From Eledone cirrhosa (lineage: Eukaryota): DNA of 64,000 bases. The stretch is from assembly GCA_964016885.1 (NCBI GenBank), contig OZ024750.1, positions 8,246,001-8,310,000 on the forward strand, in the 5' to 3' direction. The stretch's first letter is position 1. Every line of letters starts with the position of its first letter. Below are positions 53,227-64,000 of this stretch, piece after piece. The notes under the pieces are model-generated. The model ran no database searches. It was not told the DNA's origin and saw nothing but the letters and a program-made list of their open reading frames with translations. The translations under genes were made by a program, and so were the position numbers.

Positions 53227-53450
53227 CGAAGGAGTTGTGGTAAGGAACCAGGTGGACCATAACGCACCAGAGTACTCAATACTTAGGGTAATACAGTGGG
53301 TAATAGGAGAAAGTATGACCCCGCCAGCAGAGCTCAAGCCATTTCGACGGCTATTTCTGGACTAAAGTAATATTTTTTTTTTTTTTTCTCCTTTAGTCCA
53401 GAAATAGCCGTCGAAACGGCTTGAGCTCTGCCGTCGGGCTCATACTTTCT

Positions 53451-53455
<5 letters not shown>
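53224..53455. mobile_element. Fold-back Penelope-like element family P1
   Basis: taacgaagg..; arms aggagaaagtatga..ggactaaag / ctttagtcc..tcatactttctcct with a T-rich spacer; in (TA)n. Confidence 0.78.
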
Positions 53456-53488
<33 letters not shown>

Positions 53489-54359
53489 AACCCATGCAAG
53501 CATGGAAGATGGACGTTAAACGATGATGATGATATATATATATATATATATTTATACAGAGAGAGAGAAAGAGTGTGTGTGTTTCTGCAGTGCTGAGACT
53601 GGGAAGACCACACATCAGAGGTGTTAATTTGACTGGTAATGATTCTCTTTAGACAAAAACTGACCAGGTGTTTAGTTAAAAAATATTAAGATTAATTATT
53701 GTGTATATTGAATTATTTCTATAAATTATAAATATCAATAGTTTAATTAAAACATTCCTGACAGTTTAGTTTGGAACAAATATAGAAATAAAAACTGAAG
53801 AAACAATAGATGCAATTATAACTAATTTAGATTGAAAGAAAGTGAAATGAATTCTAATAATGTTGATTTATCCCTTTCATGACCATATCTCTATTTGAAT
53901 TAATTAATGAAGAATTTTGAGAGATTTACTAAAATTATTTCAGAGCACCAATTCTAATTTTAAAATTATTAATTATTTCGTTAGTAATTTAAGGTTCTTA
54001 TATAAAAATTATTAATTATTTTGTTAGTAATGTAAGGTTCTTATATAAAAATATGCTGGAAGATTTTAATTTAAATTGGAACCAGGACCGGTTTTGGTCT
54101 GGTTGGTAACTAAAGGGTTAATAAATAAACTAATGAAGAATGTATAAAGGAACCACATTATACAGTTCTTAGTTTCATCTAACTAGATTCTGAATTTAAA
54201 TTTATACAGAAATCTTATATTAAATTAATTAACAGATTTAGGTAAACATATTCTCACTTATATAAGTGTGGTAATGTTTCTATATATATTTTAAATTTTA
54301 TATCACACTTGTATATGTTAGTTGGGTGTGTAAATCACATCTTTCGCACATATAACTCA

Positions 54360-54446
54360 CATATCTGACGAGATGTCGAAAAAGAGTCAGGCCCCAACAT
54401 TTTGATTGTATCCTGAGCTGTTCGATATGAAAACAATTGTAATATG
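54360..54446 (+). ncRNA. Hammerhead-like motif with long stem II
   Basis: catat-CTGACGA-g-atgtcgaa..tcagg..cctga..ttcgatat-gaaa-acaattgt-A/atatg, then aataaa; the GAAA junction has one irregularity. Confidence 0.6.
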
Positions 54447-54617
54447 CCAATAAAGTTAGTACATACGCTGCAACACTAGCTCTTATTCTTCTTAATCTCT
54501 GTCTCTCTCTCTATATATATATATACATATATATAAGTTTATCCTGGGTTCAATCGGGAGTAACCACAGTAAGTAAGGTACTCAATACAACGCAAGTTAT
54601 AAATATTTAATATAGAA

Positions 54618-54670
54618 AAGCTTCTAAAGGACTAGAACTGTTTCATTCGTAAGAAATCATCAGGAAGCTT
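54618..54670 (-). ncRNA. Hammerhead ribozyme, minus arm of palindrome
   Basis: aagcttc-CTGATGA-t-ttc-ttac-gaa-t-GAA-acag-ttctagtc-cttt-A/gaagctt; one stem III mismatch. Confidence 0.65.
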
Positions 54671-54717
54671 CCTGATGATTTCTCATAAATGAAACAGTTC
54701 TAGTCCTGTAGAAGCTT
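54665..54717 (+). ncRNA. Hammerhead ribozyme, plus arm of palindrome
   Basis: aagcttc-CTGATGA-tttctcataaat-GAA-acag-ttctagtc-ctgt-A/gaagctt; stem II weakened; predicted cleavage after 54710. Confidence 0.7.
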
Positions 54718-55338
54718 TTCTATATTAAATATATATATATACACATATATATAATTTAAATCCTATATATATCCCAATACAATCTACTTCATGGTCGCGT
54801 GGTCAGTGACTACACCATCTCTCTCACCAGTAGCTTTAGTTAAGTATTGTTTTGGTCTGTGCCAACCCATCCAACTCTTGCCAGTATAGAAATACAGATG
54901 TTAAATGATGATGATGAAAATGATAACAATGATGATGATGATGATATTTAAGTAAAAACAATCCAGAGAGACTAGTAAAGTTTTGTATAGGCAAAGTTTT
55001 GGCTTAGCAGCAAAGTTTAAAATATCTTAAGTTTATATACCATTGGGAGAACAGGTTTCCAATGTTTCAGACAAAATCTTTCTTAACTGAGAGAAAGTCA
55101 AGTAAACTTAATCATTGATTATGGCTAGCACCTACATATGTGTATAACTCTATATATGTAATCTTCAGGTTGAATTATATGATATATTATTGCATAACAT
55201 TGAGTTAGTAGTAACAAAGGTTTAAAATGTTTAAAGTGATAACATGATACTTAGAATAATGTTGGTGAAAAATCTGGGAAAAAAATGATGTAGATATTAA
55301 TAACAAGATTAAGAAGATTTGAAATTAAGGTATGCATG

Positions 55339-55660
55339 ATTTCACAGCTCTAGCATCACTTCTTCATAGGCTTGCCAAGATACTCTCATGGAATGACCAA
55401 ATGAGATTTATTTTTCAACATAGTCCCTGGAAAGAAATAATACACTATAATTAATAAGAGTTGAAATTAATGCTTACAAGATTTCACAGCTCTAGCATCA
55501 CTCCTTCATAGGCTGACCAAGGTACTCTCATGGAATGACTAATAAGGTTTATTTTTCAACATATTCCCTGGAAAAAAACTAATGCAGTGTAATTAATAAA
55601 AAAAAGTTGAAATTAATACATGCAAGATTTCACAGCTCTAACATCACTTCTTCATAGCTG
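55339..55660. repeat. ~141-146-bp tandem repeat (2.3 copies) just upstream of the third exon
   Basis: gatttcacagctctagcatcact.cttcatag at ~55339, 55480, 55626. Confidence 0.85.
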
Positions 55661-55738
55661 ACCCTCATATGTTTTAATATTTGTCTTAAAGCTTAAGGTT
55701 ACCACCTCAATGAAATACCATTCCGTTCTGTGTTACAG

Positions 55739-55884
55739 GTGAGCAGTTGGATTACCCATTTAATCATTACCCAACCAACACATGATGACAGAAAAGCTAT
55801 ATTATCCTGTATCCTCAGATTAGCTTCATATTGTCTTATTATTGGAAACTTTAACTCTGCCATTGAAATTGTAACTGGCCTTAA
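55739..55884 (+). CDS. PLCE1: Internal coding exon, CDC25/RasGEF catalytic domain (PLC-epsilon-like)
   Basis: gttacag| ... aa|gtgagt; VSSWITHLIITQPTHDDRKAILSCILRLASYCLIIGNFNSAIEIVTGL carries the RasGEF N(F/Y)NS..I..GL motif and parallels PLC-epsilon VSSWVTWLIL..GNYNAVMEFLAGL; the phase-0 start matches the previous exon. Symbol tentative. Confidence 0.88.
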
Positions 55885-57984
55885 GTGAGTATTCTGCTTT
55901 TATTTATATATTTATTTATGATTTTGATTTATTTTCTATTTATTTGCTCACCCTAAGCCAGGTAATCTATACATGTATGGTCCTGTAACGCTTGACAGAG
56001 TTTTAGGGGCACCATATTGACATACAGCTTTTCTAGGGCATTTTAAACCTGCCGGAACCAATTTCATTTCCAGGTCTGAGCACAACAGATTTCTTCCAGT
56101 GAAGGATAAAGATTGAGAGAGTGTGTGAGTGAGAGAATGGAAGTGAGAAAGAGATATAGAGGAAGGATCAACCCCAGTACTATACTGGTACTGTTTTTAT
56201 TGACCTCAAAAAGATGAAAGGCAAAGTTGACTTCGGAAGCAAGGCAATAAAGCCACTAAAATGTAAGTGGTTGTTGAGAAGAGAGAAGAACAAGACAGAG
56301 AGAAAAACATTCAAGGAGAGAGATGACGATTGATATTGCTTTGGGATTTTTTAAGCTAATAATAGCCCTATTCTATCCAAAAGCATCATGTATTTGTTTG
56401 AAAGAAATTATGATTAATTAATAGGATGTGGGAGGGAAGTAGGGCAGAAGAGTTGACGGATATGATAGAGTACTCATATCAAATGTCTTACAGTATATTG
56501 TAGTGTTCAACTTCTACAACGAGTTAAAATTCCATCAGAATTTATACTGTCTTTCATCTGTCTGCTTGCAGTCTTAGAGGCATCACCTAAACAATGTCCG
56601 TGTGTGTGTGTCTGTGTGTATATATATATATATATATAATAGTAATAATAAATGGAAAATATATCACTATAGCATCACAATTTATTTCGTTATATATATT
56701 TCAGGGATACTAAGTTATAGGATGCCTTCTTTAGACAAAATACAATATTAGATGTATAAAATGTCACATACTCATAAAATAGCGATTACATATCAACAAA
56801 GTCTCTAACTCATTGTTTTTATATATAATATATAGTTCAAGGAAATGACAAAACAGAAATACGAAAAGTTTTATTAGTTTCACAATAAATTTGCAGAACA
56901 TCTTTGGCACATCAGGATCAGCAACTCATCTTCAGTTTCCAGACATTTCTGATCTGCCAGCCATTCCACACACCACTTCACTGTATTGAGTGCATTTTAT
57001 TATGATGTTAGAGGTTGTCTCATCCACAGCAGATTAAAGGGATCTCTTCACATAGTCTCCTATTTTTTGTCACATTTATGTTTAAAATAAAATATAAGTT
57101 TGTGTCAGGAAAGGTAACCTGCTGTAAAAGTCTCATCCCACACAGTCCATCGTGGAAAAGCAGACATCAGACCTGTCAACTCTCTCCATCCAACGAGGGT
57201 GAGAGATGTCTTCTCTTTTGAAAATGGGTATAGCTTTCATTATGAAAATCTCACCATTTTGCCTCATTTCTCCCCCATTTTAGGGCACTTTTTTTCATGG
57301 TACTCCCTCTTTGGGCTTTTAGAGGTTGGCAGGTCTGAGATATAAAAATGATAATGATGTTTATGATGATGTTTTTAGTTGGTTCCTTTGTGTTCTAAGT
57401 TCATGTCCAACTAATGTCAACTTTACCTCTAATCAGATCAATAATATCAATAACAGTAACATAGTATGGTAGATTCAATCACTTCACCAGCATGACTAAT
57501 TTCCTACAATATTTTGACGTTGTTCTTAACCAAATGAAATCAATATTTTTTCATTTAAAATCTGCCAATCTTATCTTTGCTTTACATTTTTTACAATATT
57601 TTTGTTCATATTAAATTTTAAAGATCTCTAGTCTAGCAAACAACTCCACCAGCTTTTGTAAATATTTCCTTTATAGATCATAAGGCAATGTTGTATTTTT
57701 AATCTCTACACATGAATGATATCTAGAAGAAAGGTTTACATTTACTACAGGGACCATACTAAGTTTGATATGGTTATGAGAGATGAGTAGATGGTGTTTT
57801 TTTTTAGGTATATTATATTGATAAATGAAGAATTGTTCTTGTTTAACCCCAGAGCCACCCTGTTTTAACAAACCTATGAGACAGTACATTAGTTGTTAAT
57901 GAGTATGAAGTAGGAGTTTAGTAGAATTCATTCTTACAACTTTTGACCTGGTTCTACAATACAAAGCAGTTTGTTTTAAAATAT

Positions 57985-58167
57985 ACACTGTAAATGTGGT
58001 TGGTGTTAGGAAGGCCATCCAACTGTAAAAATCTTAATCAAATTTCACAGTTCCGTCTGAGCAATGTACAGCATGGTCAATCTGGTCAGACTTGTCTCAT
58101 GTCATGGACAACCTGTCTAACCCATGCAAGCATGGGAAATGGACATTAAATGGTGATGATGATGATG
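57985..58167 (+). mobile_element. SINE family C 3' part
   Basis: gtggttggtgttaggaaggccatcc..aacccatgcaagcatgggaaatggacattaaatggtgatgatgatg. Confidence 0.78.
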
Positions 58168-58199
58168 CAGTTGACATAAGAGACATTGGAAAAATGTGT

Positions 58200-58354
58200 A
58201 ATGTAGTCATTCCAAATACAAATGACTATAGTAATATAGTCTATAAAAGGTAGTTGAAAAAATGGACAGACAGGAGTGCTACATCCAATCTTTCAACTAT
58301 TATTTACAGTGTTCAACTATTATTATAGCCATTTGTATTTGGGATGACTACATT
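58200..58354. mobile_element. Hairpin MITE-like element
   Basis: ~35-bp imperfect inverted repeats aatgtagtcattccaaatacaaatgactata / tatagccatttgtatttgggatgactacatt. Confidence 0.65.
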
Positions 58355-61300
58355 TCAAATTTATATATTTATATTTATCTAAAAACCTGCCATTATAATT
58401 TAATGTGAGAATATTTGTTAAGTTATGTTTCAAACATCAACTTGATAATAAGAAAGTTATTGATTTTTAAAATTATTTGGAAACCATAGGCAGTGTCTTT
58501 CATTAGAAATATTGTAATGAAAGGGTTAAATTAATGAACTCGCTGGTTTAGATGATTGACACCTCAAGCATCTTGTGCATAATATATTAAGACAATCTAC
58601 AATGCATAACTACAATTTATGGAAAACCTGAATGGGAATTAAGATATTACTACTAGATATCTGGTACAAATGAATCCAAAGACCAAGTCTTTGGCAGCAT
58701 AGCAGTGTTAATAATGAACTGCCAAAAGGTCAGAAATCTATGGATGACTTGGAAGAAAAGTATTGTTGATTGTGTGGCCTCCAGTGTATGCCTCATGCTC
58801 CTTTCACAGATCACTGATGGATGAAAACAAAGCTAACTTCAGCTGAATTTGAACACAGAGAACTATGAAACGAAATATAGCTTGGCAGTTAGTCTAATTT
58901 TTTACTGCTATAAGGAGTATGTATGTATGGTCCCATACCTCCTGGTGGAGTTGTAGGGGCATCATATTGGCATATGGCATTTGTTGGACTATTTTAAGCC
59001 TGGCAGAGCCCAACCCTCTCCAGGCCTGAGTACAGCAGATTTCTTCAGAGAAGGAAAGAAAGTGTGAGAGAGAGAGGAAGTAGAAAGGGATATCGATCTA
59101 CACTGGTGCTTTTTTTATCGACCTTGAAGGGATGAAAGGCAAAGTTGACCTTTGTGGGATCTGAACTCAGAGAGCAGAAAGCTGGACCCGATATGTATAT
59201 GTTCAGAGTGACCCAATATATCATATATTTGCCTAATATATCACATGCGGGTAACAAACCTGAAAGCACATTATTGCAAGGCCAACTTCTTAACCCTTCT
59301 GCCATAATTATATCCTGCTCAGACAAAATACAGAATGATTGAAAGAGAAGACAGGGAAGATTTTTAGTTAAGAGAAGGATCAGTTTTATTGGCAAAGCTA
59401 AATCAAGTTAAGTAACAATGAACAAGGCTTCATTACATTTGCTAGTATATAGCATCTATTTGACATCACCATTGATTTACTCTCATAACCTTGCCTGTAG
59501 TGTGTCTGTATGTTACTGTTGTCTGTAGCGTGTGTATGTGTGTTACTGTTGTCTATAGTGCGTATGTGTGTGTATGTCAGTGTGTGTTTGTGTTACAGTT
59601 GTCTGTAGTGTGTGTATGTGTCTGTGTGTTACTGTTGTCTATAGTGCGTATGTGTGTGTATGTCAGTGTGTGTGTAACTGTTGTATGTAGTGTGTGTGTG
59701 TTACTGTTGTCTCTAATGTGTATGTATCTATGTTTATGTAATGTTTGTGGTAAAGTCATCTGTTGCTATATGTTTATGTAATGTATGTGGTAGAGTTATC
59801 TGTCCATGTATGTCGATGTATGTGTAGGTAGGTGGCAGTGTTGTCTAATAATGTGTGTGTGTGTGTGTGTCAGTGTTGTCTGTTTATGTGTGTGTGTGTG
59901 TGTGCCACTGTTATCTGTAATACATTAGTATATATGTGTATGTCGCTGACATCTATCATGTAAGAATACATATATATATATGTGTGTGTGTGTATTTGTG
60001 TCTGTAGATGTGTTTGTGTGCATGTCTGTGTATATGTATGTGTTTATATGATTTGGGCTAAATATTTAATAGTGTGTATGTATGTGTATATCTATACAAA
60101 CATCTATAGCTACAGCTTGTTTACACAACTAGAGTCTGTCTTTCTGTTTGTCTATCTTTACTTGTATGCCTGTGTGTTTAGGTGGTTGTTGTTCTTGTTG
60201 TTGTCAGCCATGATTGATTAGACCTATGATCAAAAGAGTTCCTACTGTAGACATCCTATAATATATTTCAGGAATTAAATATCTGATACTATATTATTCA
60301 ATGTAGACTTAGATGTCATTGTTTTGTTTTGTTTAAATGGTAGGGTATAATTTAAGGGAGATTTGGCTCCTATTTATAACAGGTCAAGCAACAATATGGA
60401 AGCTACCTTGATAGCTTATGCTTAAGTGATTATATTTGTGTGTGTTGTGCATACCCAGTTGGGAGTCTATATATGAGGATTAATAGACACAAGATGTTTC
60501 GGTGAATAAAATATATATAATTCCTTATTGATAGGGCTAAAGTATTTGAGAGAAACTCAAATGCTGAGAGCCCAGAAGGTGACAAAAGTCCAAGCAATGG
60601 TGGGAAGAGATAGCTTTATAATAAGACAGTTGCTGTAGAATCTTAGTGAGTCTCACAGCATTATTTTAGGATGGTGGTTTAGAATATACTAGTATTGTGA
60701 CTGCTCTATCTCATTTACAAGGTGATAAACATTTGTAATTCAAAGAATCACCTTATGAATTATTTTAACCAATTTGATACTAACCTGGCTAAAACCAGTT
60801 TTCATTTATGAAGCAAAACCATCAATTTTAAAGGTTTCCTATTTGAATTAAAATCTTCGAACATGATTTTATATAAGATCCTTAAGTTAAGTTATTATCT
60901 TAGTAATGAAATAATTAAAAATTTTAGTAATCCCTCAAAATTCATAATTAATTAATTGGAATTAATTTCATGAGAAATATGGTCAGCAAAGGGTTATGGC
61001 TACACGTGTCTGTGGCATACTCAGCCCTAGAGACATTAATTTTATGCTTAGCCTGTTCCATTATCCGAACAATTGCATGAAGATTAACATATATGTTAAA
61101 CATTTGTAGTGCACAATGAAGATTGTCCATTTATAGTGCACCTGAGCACTACACAATTTTCATTATTGTTATTATTTATTTATTTAGCTTCTTATCTACC
61201 ATAAACTGGTTTAAGGTTGGTTATATTTGCTGCCATGTGTAGCCATGAATACAGAAACATCTAAAAGATCAAATGATAGTAATTCTGTTAGCAATTATTA

Positions 61301-62165
61301 GAGAGAGAATGAATGTTTTATCATAAAACTGATTGCAGTAAAACACTTTGATTAAAGTATAACATGGAAGTTTAAAGGAACAGATGCTATTGTAGTTTTA
61401 ATGGAGACAGCTAGGAAAGCACACAACCTTGTATTATATTTTAGATTTTATAGAAGCATGAATAATATATTGATGATATAACAAGAGTTATATACCATAA
61501 ATACATTTTGATCAATATTAAATAATATACATTTATTGAAGCAATTATACTAATAGATTTTCTACAGGCATCATGACTGATGTCCAACTTAGAAACTGAC
61601 AGATTATATGCATATTCGAAGATTAATTTGCTGTCAAATGCCACTGTATTATTTAGAAATGATATTTCTAACTTACTTTTATATATTTACTAGTTTTGTA
61701 TTACCAAATCAAAAGGAATGACTGTGGAATTATAATCACAACTGATCTATTTAAATTTTATATCAAATGTGAAGAATAAAAAGAATTTATCACTAGTAAA
61801 AATAAAATTGATGTAAAAATGTAAATCCTGCTTGATATTAATCCTTCGAACATATATCAATACTCATCAACAGTATTGGTAAAATGTCAATTATTTCCTG
61901 ATAGATATTGATTGAGTAAAGAAATGTAATGTAATTGTGACTAAACATGAAAGCACAATCACTCCAAAAGATGGTAACTTAGAAGAGGTATGATTTGAAT
62001 CTACTTTAGTTAGAGTGTGAGTATCATTAAATTTGGTTGATATAATCACATCTGTTGACATCATAAGTAGGTTAATATTATCACCTCTGTTGGTATCACC
62101 ATGTATACTAATAGCATCACATCTGTTAATATCATCACATATATTGACATCAATTGTATGCTGGT

Positions 62166-62425
62166 ATCACATCTGTTGACATCATAAGTATGTTGATATT
62201 ATCACATCTGTTGACATCATAAGTATGTTGATATGATCACATCTGTTGACATCATAAGTATGTTGATATTATCACATCTGTTGACATCATAAGTATGTTG
62301 ATATGATCACATCTGTTGACATCATAAGTATGTTGATATGATCACATCTGTTGACATCATAAGTATGTTGATATTATCACATCTGTTGACATCATGCGTA
62401 TGTTGATATTATCACATCTGTTGGT
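62166..62425. repeat. 35-bp minisatellite (atcacatctgttgacatcataagtatgttgatatt), ~7.5 copies with diverged flanks 62030-62525
   Basis: Period 35 from 62166 to 62411. Confidence 0.95.
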
Positions 62426-62574
62426 ATCACCATGTATATTAATTGCATCATGTATGTTAATATCATAACATCTGTTATAATTACATCAGTTGATATCAAA
62501 TACAATGATATCACATATGTTGAGAATTGGTTTCTAACATAGGCACATAACTCTTTCATTAGAATTTAATAAAA

Positions 62575-62880
62575 TATGTGAAAAGCCCCAGTTGTCACAA
62601 CACCTTTCTAGGAGAGGAAAACTCAGAAAAAAACCCTGTGGTTTCGGAAGCATCCGATGATGTTGACCAGTTCTCCTTTTTGGGTAGTGTTTTCAATGCT
62701 CAGAGAGTAAGATTGGTCGAGTGCAAGGCCTGTCCCCACTTAGAAAACCTTCAAAGCACAGGCATTGCTTGTTCAGGATATGTTACAGGTTTGTGTGGCT
62801 GGCCGTAGCCTAAAAGTACACCAAACTCTATAATCTGACAAGCGATTGCAATACTCCTAGCAGAGTTTGCAGCCATCATA
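62575..62880 (+). mobile_element. Family D element (RTE-like 5' motif)
   Basis: Reverse-complement homologue of 48565-48865. Confidence 0.72.
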
Positions 62881-63273
62881 TATATATATTTATATGTGTG
62901 TGTGTATAAAACAGTCTTATGAAACAATTGTATAAATATTCCAAGGAAATTGTGCAAATAATTTTTTGCTGACACTTTCATGCATTTTATTTTAATAAAG
63001 TGTTGTTCTGTGAACAGACTCGGAACCAAATTTGGTAATACTGAAAGAGTTACTGTTTTTAAAATTTCCATTATATATTCATATTGAATGAGTATAATTG
63101 ATTGGAATTTTCCAATAAAATCCCACTTGTCACAAATGTCAGTCAATTATTGTGATTAAACAACTTTTAAACCTCTTAATTGCAATTGTTTGCATTTCTA
63201 ATAATATTTGTTTGAACATGTCAAAAAGTGGAAAATATGGTGAAATATTCACATTCTCTGTATAGCAAATCTA

Positions 63274-63522
63274 CATCATCAAAGTCATCATCATCACCAT
63301 CACCATCATCACCATCACCATCATTGTTGTCATCATCATCAGCATCCTCTTAAATATCATCATCAAAGCCATCATCATCATTGTTATCATAATCATCATA
63401 ATCATCACCATCATCATCGTCATCATCATCATCCTCGTCGTCATTGTAATGACCATCATCATCATCACTGTCATCATCATCATCATTGTCATCATCAACT
63501 TCATCATCATTATTATCATCAT
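63274..63522. repeat. Imperfect (CAT)n microsatellite
   Basis: Direct reading. Confidence 0.92.
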
Positions 63523-63744
63523 CTTTTTATGTCAGCTTACCATAATATCATGTGTTAGAAGGTTGTCATGGTGTAAAACTAGACATGTTCTCCTCATACA
63601 TTTCATATTTGGCATAGTTTCTATGACTGGATTATTTTTCCTAATTCTGACCACCTTACAGAGTATGCTCGGTGCATTAAAATTACATTCAAAATTATCT
63701 TCTAGATCATGAATATCTTAGAATGTATACTTAATATAGATAAT

Positions 63745-63929
63745 TGTTTCTACTTTAGGCACAAGGCCAGCAATTACCCAGTGCATTACTGGTACTTTAT
63801 TTTATCGACCCCGTAAGGATGAAAGGCAAAGTCAACCTCGGCGGGATTTGAACTCAGATCGTAAAGGGACGTAACTATGCCGGAAAGCATGGCATCCGAC
63901 TCTCTACCGATACTGCCAATCGACCGCCC
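63745..63929 (-). mobile_element. SINE family A (short variant), full length
   Basis: Reverse complement of consensus; 15-bp TSD cttaatatagataat. Confidence 0.93.
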
Positions 63930-64000
63930 TTAATATAGATAATGACCTGTATATACATACAAAAACACTTACATACACATAAATACATGCATACAGACAT

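Larger units (their letters stand above)
54537..54732. mobile_element. Fold-back Penelope-like element family P2 with two back-to-back hammerheads
   Basis: 130-bp palindrome 54603-54732 centred on ggaagcttcc; homologous to 21581 and 23873. Confidence 0.8.

Noticed and set aside
56900-57000. Candidate next RasGEF exon after ttgcag
   Set aside because: Phase-2 translation shows no RasGEF similarity and hits a stop; the next exon is probably beyond the window.

Overview
AT-rich, microsatellite-dense animal DNA. The SINE, RTE and CR1 repertoire resembles an octopus/coleoid cephalopod genome (inference). The supplied long ORFs are nearly all artefacts of simple repeats. The only convincing host gene is three in-phase plus-strand exons (34220-34505, 42369-42622, 55739-55884). 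They encode a talin-F3/PTB-like segment joined to a PLC-epsilon-type CDC25/RasGEF domain; two of the three are missing from the ORF track. The strongest non-obvious signal is a set of type I hammerhead ribozymes (HHRs). Two unrelated tandem repeats embedded in (TA)n tracts (466-bp unit at 1-994, 310-bp unit at 7041-7783) each carry one intact-looking HHR per unit. Both share a U.U pair at the base of stem II, a UAACAA loop 2, a palindromic minimal stem III, a GUA cleavage triplet and a bulged extended stem I. These are candidate retrozyme/Penelope-type elements that would self-process into unit-length, possibly circular, RNAs. Further single, back-to-back and fold-back HHR-bearing elements occur at about 1.1, 8.0-8.4, 21.6, 23.9, 37.3, 41.9, 53.2 and 54.4-54.7 kb. 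The rest is three SINE families, RTE/CR1/Ingi-like LINE 3' fragments, hAT/piggyBac/mariner MITEs and minisatellites. All structures and family names were derived by eye and from memory, not from folding or database searches.
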